A stretch of 59,968 nucleotides of DNA, counting the filler, from Dimargaris cristalligena (taxonomy: Eukaryota), in assembly GCA_003614675.1 (NCBI GenBank). It is 11 parts of 11 records of this genome, joined end to end, with 100 filler letters (N's around TTAATTAATTAA, not from the genome) between each part and the next. Parts side by side here need not be neighbours in the genome. Positions count along the whole stretch, not along the records: positions 32,879 to 38,228 come from ML003643.1; positions 38,329 to 43,666 come from ML003644.1; positions 43,767 to 49,102 come from ML003645.1; positions 49,203 to 54,537 come from ML003646.1; 7 more parts are not named here. One strand, written 5' to 3'. Shown one piece after another: positions 38,050 to 49,488 of this stretch. How positions within the stretch are numbered: the stretch's first letter is position 1; each line of letters opens with the position of its first letter. The notes under the pieces were generated by a model. The model was not told the origin of the DNA and made no database searches. It saw only the letters and a list, made by a program, of their open reading frames with translations. The position numbers were made by a program, and so were the translations under genes.

Positions 38050-38121
38050 GGGCTCGGCCGGGAATCGAACCCGGGACCACTCCCACCCTAAGGGAGTATT
38101 ATACCACTAAACCACCGAGCC
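38050..38121 (-). tRNA. tRNA-Pro(AGG), second copy
   Basis: Exact reverse complement of 354-425 with different flanks; T-run terminator downstream. Confidence 0.97.
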
Positions 38122-38132
38122 TCTTACATGTT

Positions 38133-38228
38133 TGTTATGGTAGGACCTAAGACCACTTAATTAACCATAGTATTCCTTTTCTATTTTTATATCCTTTTAT
38201 CAACGAAGTCCTGATTTATTATTTTATA
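38133..38228 (+). mobile_element. LTR 5' terminus related to family A, cut by contig end
   Basis: Begins TGTTATGGTAGGACCTAAGACCACTTAA, similar to family A TGTTGTGATGGGTACTTAACACCCTTAA. A second copy lies at 39174-39240 on the minus strand. Confidence 0.65.
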
Positions 38229-38626
38229 NNNNNNNNNNNNNNNNNNNNNNNNNNNNNNNNNNNNNNNNNNNNTTAATTAATTAANNNNNNNNNNNNNNNN
38301 NNNNNNNNNNNNNNNNNNNNNNNNNNNNTTTCAATTAAAAGAGTAAAAATAAATAGGACAATGCCAAATACTACTATAGCCATTTGGCTATATCACAACA
38401 AAATTTGTTATGCAATAGTGGGAAAATAGTGAAAATGAAAGTTTAAACAGTAATAAATATCTGGTAAAAATTGGTAAAAGAATTGGTTATCTCAAAGGTA
38501 AGAAACAGGGTATCAAAGTCTACTTTATTAATGATGGGTGATTACCCCCTTATTTATATGTTGGGAAATAAATCAAGGGGTTAGGGTATTTAGGAGTAAT
38601 GGAAAATAATAGTTAGTATTAATACC

Positions 38627-39173
38627 TGTCACCCAGGTTAACCACTCTTAGTCTATCAAGAGTCCCGAGGATAGGCTTCTAACAGTAGGTGCAGCTTAGA
38701 CTCAGCCAAGCAGGCTACTAGCATCAGGGTAGAATTAGCACTAACTATTAAAGGATAAGTAAAGATTAATATAAGGGATATGCAGTGGGCATACTTACTG
38801 GTTAGTACAATGGGTGAGTATATATGGAATTTATTGTGGTAAACTATGGGGGTCAGGAGTAAGCTAAGGATTGAATTGGTCCTAGAGGGGCCCGGTTATT
38901 TATATGCAGGGACCACTCATAATAAGAGGTCCCTAAGAGAATGTGAGGACTAGGAAGAGGTGAGGATTGGAGTCTTGACTGGGAGGGTTTGCTTTCGGAA
39001 GACTCCACTGGGAGGGGAGGAATGGTGGATCAGCCAGTGGAGTATGGTGTGAGAAGCATTGGGACTCAAACATAGTAGGTTCTATAGCAAGAGAGGGGTA
39101 ATATGGTGCAATAAGGCATGATAAGATGGGACAATCAGTGTTCTGTATTTAGGAAGGATTAGGTGGGCCAACA
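38627..39173 (-). mobile_element. LTR family B, internally deleted solo LTR
   Basis: On the minus strand it runs TGTTGGCCC...GGGTGACA and is colinear with 52895-53800 but lacks roughly 350 nt. Contains TATA and AATAAA. No matching TSD. Confidence 0.75.
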
Positions 39174-39240
39174 GATAAAAATAGAACATAATAAATAAAG
39201 GAATAATATAGTTTACTAAGTGGTCTTAAGTCTTACTAGA
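39174..39240 (-). repeat. LTR terminus fragment homologous to 38133-38200
   Basis: Minus strand GTAAGACTTAAGACCACTTAGTAAACTATATTATTCCTTT versus GTAGGACCTAAGACCACTTAATTAACCATAGTATTCCTTT. Confidence 0.6.
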
Positions 39241-40517
39241 ATTTTTTTTTTTTAAACAATATAAATGTTATTCATCCTACTTAATAATTAATATGATTAA
39301 AGCTGGCTGATCTTTGGAAACTAGAGGTCATCATTGCCAAGTACCATCAATACAGCATGACAATTACAACACCAAAGGTCCCTCTCCCACCATTGTCCAA
39401 CTAGTACCACCTCCCCATTCATATATTCAATGTATTTGATATATCATATAGCTAAGGTTTATCCGGGTTGTATAACAAATAATCTGTTGGATGAGACAAA
39501 AATTACTGGTTATATATGCACCCCCCATCTTTCCACCCGTTTTAATGATACAAAACTTCTTTGAGAAGAATCCAACTAACGCCTAATACATAGAAATAGA
39601 CAACTGTAGGGAATAGCCCCTTCGGAGAGCAATGATAAATACAGCCAAGTTTAAACATATTCACACTGTATACCGAAATATGATAGGTAGGAGGGTTTAC
39701 ATCTGTGAAATCGGACAACTTGGTTTATTGATAAACATACGCTTAGTGAGGTCGATTACGAATGATCCACCATCTTATATAATGAATCACAGAGTCTCAA
39801 GAATGTATAGATGGCTGGAACAGCTGAATTCAAAAGCATACTAGAGAGATAGTCACCAAAATAATAGGATAGCTAAAGAATGCAAAATGTGCTCAGGGTT
39901 GTTGGGTGTATCTGTATTGGCGTCGGGGTTATCCAATCCACCGCTAGGATTTGGAATGTCAGTTGGTGTGGCCTGCTCAGGTGCAGAGCGCTGGAGCATT
40001 GACGGTGGGGTACCCGGGCCGGATGAAGGTGGGACGCTAGGTCCGGAGGAACGAGTAGGGAGACGTGACATTAAAGAGAAAGTATTGGATGTTTATACAT
40101 TTTTTGAGTGAAGAAATATAGTATAAGTTATTATTTATTATAGTAGTAGTCGTAAAGATAATAGGAGTTATGAACAAAAGTGTTTTCCGTTGCAGGAAGA
40201 GGGCTCCCTGAACTAAGGTCGTAAATCGGCCGTTATAAATAATCCCGAGTCATAACATAATCCAGAATATCATCACAAAGCTGCCATAGCACATGGCCGT
40301 TGTCATGAATATCAAATAATAAATTGGGAGTTGACTTCCCAAAAGGTGTGGAATATTTCTTATAAAATTCGTCATATCGATCGTAATCGTTAATATTTGA
40401 TAAAAAACAGTCGTAAGCATTTTAATATTCAATAATCATCAGGTTAACTTAATAATCAACGGATGAATTGAGAGCCGGATACTGAAGACTGATAACCGAC
40501 GTTCTCACGGCACTACA

Positions 40518-43360
40518 GAAGTGGCTCGCTTACAATGCCTCTTGCTCCAAGGACAGGAGTCTCTGCAGTTCGGGTATTTCGGCCAAGTCCGTACGGTTGC
40601 TTCCAAAGTGTTGGTGCAAACCAATTCGCAGTTGATTCGCTGCCCACCGGCGGAAGAAGAAACCGGGTGAGGGGAAAGTGGAAGCGACGTGGAGTGGGTA
40701 ATTCTCGAGCGAATCCACGATGCCTGTCGACTCTACTTGAGCATAGTGCACCAACGATAAGCCCTGGCCAGTGGGTTTGTGTCTACAGTAGGATCCGTCA
40801 TGGACCATATTTAAACAGCTTACCCCGACCTCCTCCCGGCTGATTATCTGGAGCACAGTTTGGTCACTTTGTACCGGTTCCAGCGAGGGGCCGCGGTTTC
40901 CGGCACTTCGGCTGCTTCGTAGACGTTAACGCCATCACCTCTGGACTCCGCCCATCGTGCGGCAGCTCACGCTGCTCTGGCCTGCCTGTCCCTACGGGTC
41001 CAGCTACGTACTTTAACTCTGCTGTCGGAGTTTGCTGCACCCGCCGCTAACCTCTATTTCCAGCTGGCGACCCTTTACTACGACTACTTCCGCGAGGCAA
41101 CGACTACAACTACCACTGCTACTACTGACTCGGTCGATGAAGAGGCTGCCACCGCTTCCTCCATTGCCGAACAGGCCTGGCTGATAAGTGCCCTGCAGGT
41201 CAACAAAGCCGCGTTGCAACTCCAACCGAGTCAACCTGAGTACTGGAATCACCTGGGGGTGTGGTTGCCTTATCCACCTCATCGTCATTGTCAACCGCTG
41301 AAGCCGACCCCCGCCTGGCCCAACACGCTTTCATCCGTGCGGTCACGGTCCAACCCAAGAATGTATCGGCCTGGTCGAATTTGGGGTTCCTCTATCTCCA
41401 ACACGGGGAACTGGAATTGGCCAATCGGGTGTTTACACAAATACAGAACCTGGACCCCGAATTCGTTCCGGTCTGGGCAGGCCAGGCCTTGCTGGCGGAT
41501 CAACTTGGGCAGCCGACCGAAGCACTGGCCCTGTATCGTCATGCCTTCACCTCTATCGAAGGAGGCGCGGCTAATGGCGGCGGTGGTGGGAGCAGTAGTG
41601 GCAGTGGTGGTGGCTCGCCCCGGCATATATCCGAAGTGAATCTATTGTTGGCCCAAAGTTACTGGGGGGCAGTAGCCGCGCGGCACGCCGCCGGAAACGG
41701 CGGGGACGGGGACGCTTTACCCCCGCGCACACTAGTTCAGTTCGCCCTGGAGAAGTTCACGGAACGCGACCCCCGGCAACCCTGGGTGTGGCACCAGTTG
41801 GATTTACTGCGCGAAGCTGATCGTCGTTACGAAGGGGCGATTGGGGCCTACCGGATTGCCCGGGAATTGCTAGCCCAGCGGGACAAGCCAAGGTTTAATG
41901 GGGAAGAGGGTGGTCTGACTACCGTATCACCGCCAGAAATGGTGGTGCTTGAAAGCAATTATGCGCGAGCCTTGTGTGCGGGTGGACACTACACCGAGTC
42001 GGTGAAAATCTACACAAAACTCATGGAGTCTCCGTACTTTGTGGCGGCCACCGCTGAAATGGAAGAAGAAGATGAGCAGCAGCCCCAGGTGGACGACACG
42101 GCCACTACCCAGCAACGCCGGTACTTAGTTTGTAATAAACTGGGACAGGGCCTGGCTGAGTATTGGTCTGGCCAACTCGAGGCTAGTCTCCATTCATTCG
42201 AAAGGGCACTCGTCTGGGCGGAACCGGACGCCCGGCTTTACCAGGATACGTCGGTACTACTGGCCAAGGTGTTATGGGCGCTAGACACGACTGAACACCG
42301 CGACTTGGCTAAACAGCAATTACTTCACAGTGTCCAAGCGGCCGGTGAAGCGAATGGGGAACTCAGTACTGGTGCTGGCGATGCTGGTGACAACCTAGGT
42401 AACCCGGATGTATTTACCTCATCAGCATTGAACCAGTCGTCGTATGTTCAGCTCCTGGCTACTCTATTCGCCTTTGGTTTGTGTGAACCCGACGTCGACC
42501 TCACTACCGCTGTCCAGCGCGAACTGCCCGCTGTGACCCCCGAGGCTGACCCCCACCTAGTGTTGCCCTACCTAGCTGGTAGACTGGCGCTATTACAGCA
42601 GGACCTGGCCGGCGGTATCTGTCGAACGGCGAGTAAAGCCATCCGGGCCTACTCCGCCCACCGACCCCTGTTTACCGCCCTGAGCGACTTGGTACGGCGG
42701 TCTCAGGCGGCCGGGCGAGATGAAGGCGAAGATAACACCGCGCTTACACCCTCGAGGGAGGTGGTCCGCCTCGCCTTACCGGAGCAATTGGCCAGAACGG
42801 CTTTGCAGGGTAAACCAAAACGTGCCCTGACGACCACCCACGCTTACTTATCGCTCGCACTCGCTTTACAAACCTGTCATCCCGGATTGGTCAAAGTGAA
42901 TGATAGCGATGGCGATGCTGCTGACGATGTCGATGGTGTAATTGCTAAGGATAATCAATCGGCCCTCATCCACTACACTGCCCTGAAAACCCGTCTTCGG
43001 CAGGCCAAATCCGCCGCCCAAAAGGCCATCCGTCTCACGCCGTGGCTTCCGCTTCCGACTTTCATTACCACCCTCATCACAGTCGCCGACCTCTTGATCT
43101 CCGTGCCAGCCCAACCTTATGGCGGCGGAAAGTATGTGTCAGCCTCTCCGAGTTTGGCTGATCAATGGGGATTTGTAGTTGACTTATTGTGTAGGCAGCT
43201 ACAGTGGGTGACGGAATCGTTGGAGTCGATGGCTGAAGGGACCGGCGAAATATCGGCCGCGGGTGAATTCGACTGGAGTTTGCCCTTGCGGGATAATCCG
43301 GTGATTGTACTCGAAAATGCGGCTAAATTGGTGGAGACGATGCGTTCTTGTGTTTTTTAA
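40518..43360 (+). pseudogene. SKI3: SKI3/TTC37-like TPR protein, truncated and disrupted copy
   Basis: Ski3-like TPRs (YWNHLG..ALS...LAQHAFIRAVTVQPKNVSAWSNLGFLYL..ELANRVF..Q.LDPEFVPVWAGQALLA; LLAKVLWAL...RDLAKQQLL). The upstream frame has stops at 40668, 40758, 40812 and 40920 and a frameshift at the G5 run 41255-41259. The N-terminal half is absent. Confidence 0.72.
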
Positions 43361-43766
43361 ACCTAAATCAAGACCGGATGCTTGCCATTAGTTTTGTGTA
43401 TCTCTGGAGATCGTTGGGAATGGATTATATAAATGTTAAGAAATCAGTCGAGGTTTACTGCAAAAATAAACATTTAAGATGAGGTTGCGTTCTGCCGCCA
43501 TGGGTTTCCCACACCTAGTTGTCTGCAGTCTATCTAACGTGATGTATTGTTTGAAGCTGCTCACATAGTGAAGGGGTAGTGGTTCTTAGTAAAATGGGCC
43601 ACCCAATGTCTGATCAGGCAAGTTAACTTTAAACCTGTTTACGGACTCCCAGATATTCGTACATTTNNNNNNNNNNNNNNNNNNNNNNNNNNNNNNNNNN
43701 NNNNNNNNNNTTAATTAATTAANNNNNNNNNNNNNNNNNNNNNNNNNNNNNNNNNNNNNNNNNNNN

Positions 43767-44064
43767 ATTTTCTTTTATCATAAGTATACAATAGCAGAAC
43801 CGGCGTAGATATAATATCCATTATTTCTACCGCACAATATTTCTAGGGTATAAATACCCCTTCAAATCGCAACCTGAATAAAACATCTTGATTTTATACT
43901 TGTTTACTTAGTATAGAATTGTATCGACTTATAGTCTACAATTCTCTGCCTATTTTCGACTATTGATTATTATTTACTAGTGTCTAAGTATTTTTCGCCA
44001 CTCTATAGCTATCGGGACTTTTTATTTATTTATTTCGTCGAGTTTTTCCCATCGCTGCACAACA
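43767..44064 (+). repeat. 5' LTR (3' portion)
   Basis: TATAAATA at 43849-43856, AATAAA at 43877-43882, ends CACAACA just before the PBS. Homologous to 1-119. Confidence 0.9.
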
Positions 44065-44067
44065 TTT

Positions 44068-44075
44068 TGGTAGCG
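44068..44075 (+). promoter_or_regulatory. Primer binding site, initiator tRNA-Met type
   Basis: TGGTAGCG three nt after the LTR end, complementary to the CGCUACCA 3' end of fungal tRNAi-Met, as in Ty3. Confidence 0.85.
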
Positions 44076-44095
44076 ATGCTACGTTTCGATCGACA

Positions 44096-45205
44096 ATGAA
44101 CACTAACATAACATTAGATAGTGTTGCCGAGGCCATTGTGGCTATTAACCAGTGCCTGGATCAGTTAGCCGAGACCCAACAGACTGGGTTAGGTCAAGCA
44201 GCCCAGGCTTTTCAGTCGACGACCGTGGAGGCACACACAGCTCAGACTGCTGCCGAGCAGGCTACGACCATCGCCCAGCAAGCTAGGGAAGCAGCTGCCA
44301 GTACCCAGACCGCCGTTGGACATTTACAACAAGCGCTAGCTCAGGAAGAGGCTGCTATTGCGGGGATTCAAGCTACCCAGGCATCTGCCCCCTCTTATCC
44401 TTCTGTGGTTTTGAATGTAACCAAGCCTAAACCAGATAAGATCCCTTGCTATCATGGTAACCCAGAGGAGGATTTAGAGGCCTGGATTACAGTGGCGGAG
44501 ATTGCTACTGATGGGCTTTGTGCATCAGAGGCAGACCAGGTGCGCCACTGTGCTCATTTTTTACGTGATAATGCCATGGTATGGTATTCCAAGCTCTACC
44601 GTACGCACCAGGGGTTTACCACTTGGCAGGACTTCTGTACCAGTCTGAAGACAGCGTTTCTTGATCCTGAGGCTACGAGTCGTCTACGTATCCAGTTAGA
44701 GGGGGTGAAATTCCGCAATGATATTGGGGAATATACTGACGCTTTTCTGAAAATTGCCAATCATATCACCACCATGACGGCAGAGGAGGCAATTCACCGT
44801 TACACCATTCAGCTCCCACGTAACATGGCTGTCTAGGTTGGCCAACAATACCCATCATCCCTTCAGCAGGCCACCCACATTGCCCAGCGTATCTATGCCA
44901 CTCTCCATCCTAATTATGTTCCACGACGCCAATTAGTGGACCCCACTACACTTAATGGAGGCACTACACCCATGGAACTTGACACCATCACGAGATTAAC
45001 CCCTTCTGAGAGGGATCGCCTTCGTAAGGAATGTGGTTGTTTTTACTGTCGTCGCATTGGACATATTCTCCGCAACTGTCCTAAACTACAAGGTAAATCA
45101 CGCCGACCTGGGACTTCCCAGAATATCACACCAGGTGCCACCCAACTGTCAAAAAATGCCAACACCCTGGAGACCAACCCGGGTCCCTCCAGGGAGGATC
45201 TTTAA
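44096..45205 (+). pseudogene. gag: gag with one in-frame TAG (44834-44836)
   Basis: Capsid-like YHGNPEEDLEAW...FLRDNAMVWY...TWQDFCTSLKTAF; PMELD motif; zinc knuckle CFYCRRIGHILRNC. ORFs 44096 and 44936 share a frame. Confidence 0.9.
45151..45194 (+). promoter_or_regulatory. -1 programmed ribosomal frameshift signal (gag to dUTPase-pol)
   Basis: Slippery heptamer A AAA AAT at 45151-45157 in the gag frame, 7-nt spacer, then stem CCCTGGAG (45165-45172) / CTCCAGGG (45187-45194). The -1 frame is open into the dUTPase. Confidence 0.8.
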
Positions 45206-45255
45206 CTTCCTCGCCTTTACTTGCTCAAAATTGCAGCCTTGCTTCCCCTTTAGCC

Positions 45256-45660
45256 ATGAAATACACTAAATCCAATTGCTTATTACCTGATTTAAAGTGT
45301 GCCTATGAGCAAGCTGCTGGTTTTGATTTACCCTGTGCTGAAGCCCAAGATTTATTACCCGGGATTATTACCAAAATATCATCTGGTATTTCTATTAAAC
45401 CTCCTACAGGTTATTATATTCAATTACAATTACAGTCTAGTGCTGCCCAAAAGGGACTATTATTACAAGGGGGTGTCATTGACCCTGATTATCGAGGTAT
45501 TATCTATTTTATTATTTATAACTTGAATACTTATTCTATTCCTATTTCTATGGGAGATTATTTAGTCTAAGGTATTCTGATACCTCATACATTAATGCAA
45601 CCTATTTGTATTGAACAATTACCTACCACTTTACGTCAAGATCAAGGATTTGGGTCTAGT
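45256..45660 (+). other. Trimeric dUTPase domain within pol
   Basis: All five motifs in order: AAGFDL, LQLQSS, GGVIDPDYRG, GDYLV*(Q), RQDQGFGSS. Confidence 0.92.
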
Positions 45661-48600
45661 TCTATTTCCCTTTACGAAGACCAAACCCAACCCTTATTAC
45701 TTTTAAAGGGGACCATTAATTCATCAGAGATTACTGCTTTATTTGATCCTGGTGCCACTAACAATTTCATCTCTGAGAATATGGCCACTCGTCTACAGCT
45801 TTCTCTCAAAATATTATCTCATCCTCAAATAGTTCGACTAGGAGATTCCACCCAATTATCTATTACCTCCTCTACAACTTTAACTATTACATTTGGTGGA
45901 TGGAATCATATTATTTCAGCTTGTATTTTACCCAAAGCACCTTACAATATATTATTAGGGCAGCCTTGGATATTAGAACATGAACCTCAACCATTGTGGA
46001 GAGAATATCAACTATTTTTACCTGGCCCTCAATTGTTGCTTCAGGGCCATACCAGTTTTAACCCGCCTTCCCCTTCTAATTATTCTCATATTACATTAGT
46101 GGAAACTGATACCATTACTGCTGATTTAAAAGAGGAAGGTGGATTCTTATTATTTGTTCAAACCCATAGTGATGAGATCCCTTCTATTCCTGAAGAGTAT
46201 CAATCTGTATTAGCAGACTTCCAAAACTCCATCTTGGGCCCACTACCAACAGGGTTACCACCACCACGAGCCATCGACCATCGGATTGACACAGTCAGTG
46301 CTGTCCCCATCTACCGACACCCTTATAAGTTACCCCACTCGGACCTACAGGAGTTACGTAAACAGTTGGATGAGTACCTGTCCAAAGGCTGGATCCAACC
46401 TGGAGCTTCACCATGGGGCGCCCCCGTCATCTTTGTCCCAAAAAAGGATGGTACCTGGCGCATGTGTATAGATTATCGAGCCCTAAATTCTAAAACGGTA
46501 AAAAACAGATATCCTTTGCCCCATATTGATGAGACTTTTGCTCGTCTATCAGGCTCCTGTGTTTTCTCTAAAATTGACCTGAAATCAGGATACCACCAGA
46601 TTCGAATACACCCTCCTGATGTCCCTAAAACTGCTTTTAATACTAGATATGGGCAATTTGAATTTCTGGTACTTCCCTTTGGATTAACTAATGCACCCGC
46701 CACATTTCAGACCCTTATGAATAGTGTGTTACATCCCTTTTTAGACAAATTTGCCATGGTGTATTTAGATGATATTTTGATTTTTAGTCCAGATGAGGAA
46801 ACTCATCAACAGCATTTACGGCAAGTGTTAAAACTACTGGAGAAACATCATTTGTATGCTAACCTTTCTAAATGTGTTTTTGGTCAAAAGTCCCTAGAAT
46901 ATCTCGGGCATATTATTTCAGAAAATGGGATTGAAGTAGATTCTAAGAAAATTCAGGCCATGCAGTCTTTTCCAGTACCTACGTCAATTAAAACTTTACA
47001 GTCTTTTTTAGGTTTGACCAACTATTATTGTAAATTCATTGCCAATTATTCTTCTATTGTTGCCCCATTAACAGGTGCTTTACGTAGCAAACCTAAAGAC
47101 CTCCAGTGGACCATTGAATGTCAAAAAGCTTTTGAAACTTTACGCCAGCAGTTAGCATCCACACCCCTTCTTATTTATCCCAACTACAAGTTGCCTTTCC
47201 ATGTATTTACTGATGCCTCAACTATAGCATTAGGAGCTGTTTTAATGCAGGATCATGGGCAAGGGTTCCAACCCATTGCCTATGAATCTAAAAAATTAAC
47301 CCCTACTCAAACCCGTTATGCCATACATGAGTTGGAGTTATTTGCTATTATTCATGCTTTAAAAATTTGGAGACATTATTTATTCAACCATCCATTTACT
47401 GTTCATACAGACCATCGGGCATTACAATTTCTTTCTACAACCCCTAAGATTCCTATAAGATTACACCATTGGTTGGAAACCCTTTTAGAATTTGACCTTG
47501 AAATTAATTATCTCCCTGGGGCTAAGCAAATTGTAGCTGATGCCCTATCCCATTGTCATGAGACTTTACCAGTGGGCCATCCATTAACCAATTCCACTCT
47601 TGCTACTATAGCCCACTGGCCCTCTGAGTGGCCGGAATATATTGTTCAATTATTAAGGCAGGAGACCTTGCCTAGTACTGTCACTTTGTCCCTGAGGGAG
47701 CAGCTCCAATGTGAACTATCCCAGTTCACTTTAGATCCTGATACTGGTACACTATGCCGCCTGGTTGATGGTAATCCGGTACCCTACATTCCACCCAATG
47801 AGCGAGACCGATGGCTTCACCAATTCCATGACCAGTATGGACATGAAGGGTATCAAAGTACCTACCAGCGGTTGAAACCCCGGGCATGGTGGCCACACTT
47901 GTTACCAGCCATCCGCCAATTTGTTTGGGCCTGTCCACGATGTCAAATTGACCGACGCCTGTATCCTATTATGGTAATAGAACCATCACCCCCAGACCCG
48001 GTAGCCCAGCCATTGGATCAATGGGCCTTAGATTTTGTAGGACCACTACCTACTTCACGACAAGGGAATAAGTATATTATAACAGCCATTGATCAGGCAA
48101 CAGGATTTCCTATCTGTCATGCCATTCCTGAAGCCAATGCTGACGCTGCTGTTTCTTTTTTATCTGAGAAGATTATTTCTATTTTTGGGATCCCTAGGGA
48201 AGTACTTACCGACCGAGGGACCCAGTTCTTAAGCGATACTTTTCAAGAATTACTTCAACGTTACAATATCCATCACCTGAAAACCTCAGCTTATCATCCA
48301 CCGACTAATGGTAGGGTGGAAAGATTTCATGCTGAGCTTAAAGGAGCCATTCGACGCCAGAATACTGGAGCTCGAAGGGATTGGGATTTATTTTTACATT
48401 CAGTATTACTTGCTATTTGTACCCGATACTCGAGGGTCACCAATACCTCACCTTTTTATCTCATATTTGGTAGACAGCCTAGAATACCCGGGGATAGGAT
48501 CCTACCACCATTGCCCGAGGCAGACATACAAGCACTACAAACACAAGCCAGCCAGCGATTAGTCACTTTAGGGCAGCAACGAGCTCGTGTTTTTTCAAAT

Positions 48601-48896
48601 CGGTTAAAATACCAGGCTCAAAGTCGTCGACGGTTCTGGGCAATGCAACCACGTGTGAGACAATTCCAGGTGAACGAGGCAGTACTTATGAGGGACCCTA
48701 CAGCTAGGGCCCTGCAGCCACGGTGGTTTGGACCTTTTCGAATTCATCGAATATTACGTTGGAATATTTATCTACTCATGGCACCAAATTTAAGGGTTAG
48801 TCCTGTGCCCATTCATGCCTCCCGGTTAAAACCAGCAGTAGTCTCGGCTGCAAATTATCGTGCTTGGCATTTACCTCCCAGATATAATCGCACCCT

Positions 48897-48908
48897 AAGG
48901 GAGGAAAG
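48897..48908 (+). promoter_or_regulatory. Polypurine tract
   Basis: AAGGGAGGAAAG immediately before the TG of the 3' LTR. Confidence 0.88.
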
Positions 48909-49102
48909 TGTTGTGATGGGTACTTAACACCCTTAAGCTTTGGTGATATCACCAACGATGTACCTTATAATTATTAATCGAATTATCACCTTTTTACTAT
49001 ATTTAGTTTAGTTTATCAATATCAATATTATATCATACCTATATTTCGTTTATCACATTATATATCAGATTCATATCCATATATCTCTTTATATATCATT
49101 TA
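48909..49102 (+). repeat. 3' LTR (5' portion)
   Basis: Starts TGTTGTG after the PPT; homologous to the reverse complement of about 130-341. Confidence 0.9.
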
Positions 49103-49202
49103 NNNNNNNNNNNNNNNNNNNNNNNNNNNNNNNNNNNNNNNNNNNNTTAATTAATTAANNNNNNNNNNNNNNNNNNNNNNNNNNNNNNNNNNNNNNNNNN
49201 NN

Positions 49203-49257
49203 GGTATAATTACCGCCTGCCACGCGGTAGACCCGGGTTCGATTCCCGGTCTGCGCA
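49203..49257 (+). tRNA. tRNA-Gly(GCC), 5'-truncated by contig start
   Basis: Anticodon arm ACCGC-CTGCCAC-GCGGT (GCC at 49219-49221), T arm CCGGG-TTCGATT-CCCGG, 3' end TCTGCGCA, T-run terminator. Confidence 0.9.
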
Positions 49258-49488
49258 TTATTTTGGGTTTTTTTATAACCTTTGAGATACCCGAGTAGGA
49301 TGGTATATTTCATCAGGCATACAGTCCGAGTCGTCCTTTTTGCACTATCTCCAATTCAGTTAGTTATGGGGAAAATCAATCAATGGGTTTTATTTGCATG
49401 CTATGTCTCTCAAGATGGCCGAGGTACTAGAATGAAATAATATTATACTTAAATACTCGACTGTCCAGGTCACCAGTCGAGTGTAGAT

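Larger units (their letters stand above)
45151..48927 (+). pseudogene. pol: pol polyprotein: dUTPase-protease-RT-RNase H-integrase, one in-frame TAA (45568-45570)
   Basis: PR ALFDPGATNNFIS; RT WRMCIDYRALN, LPFGL, YLDD; RNase H FTDAS, ELELFAI, TDH; IN HHCC plus WALDF, LTDRGTQF, GRVERF; GPF motif; no chromodomain. The stop lies inside the 3' LTR. Confidence 0.95.
43767..49102 (+). mobile_element. Ty3/gypsy LTR retrotransposon with dUTPase; near complete, both LTRs clipped by contig ends
   Basis: Order is LTR-PBS-gag-(-1 frameshift)-dUTPase-PR-RT-RNase H-IN-PPT-LTR, with terminal inverted repeat TGTTGTG...CACAACA. Confidence 0.97.

Noticed and set aside
44834-44836. Programmed readthrough of the TAG in gag
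   Set aside because: It lies mid-gag before the zinc knuckle, and the copy has other lesions; a nonsense mutation is simpler.
49455-49482. 9-bp hairpin after the F-box gene stop as a SECIS element
   Set aside because: It has no AUGA/GA core or apical AA motif, and the in-frame TGA is accompanied by a TAG.
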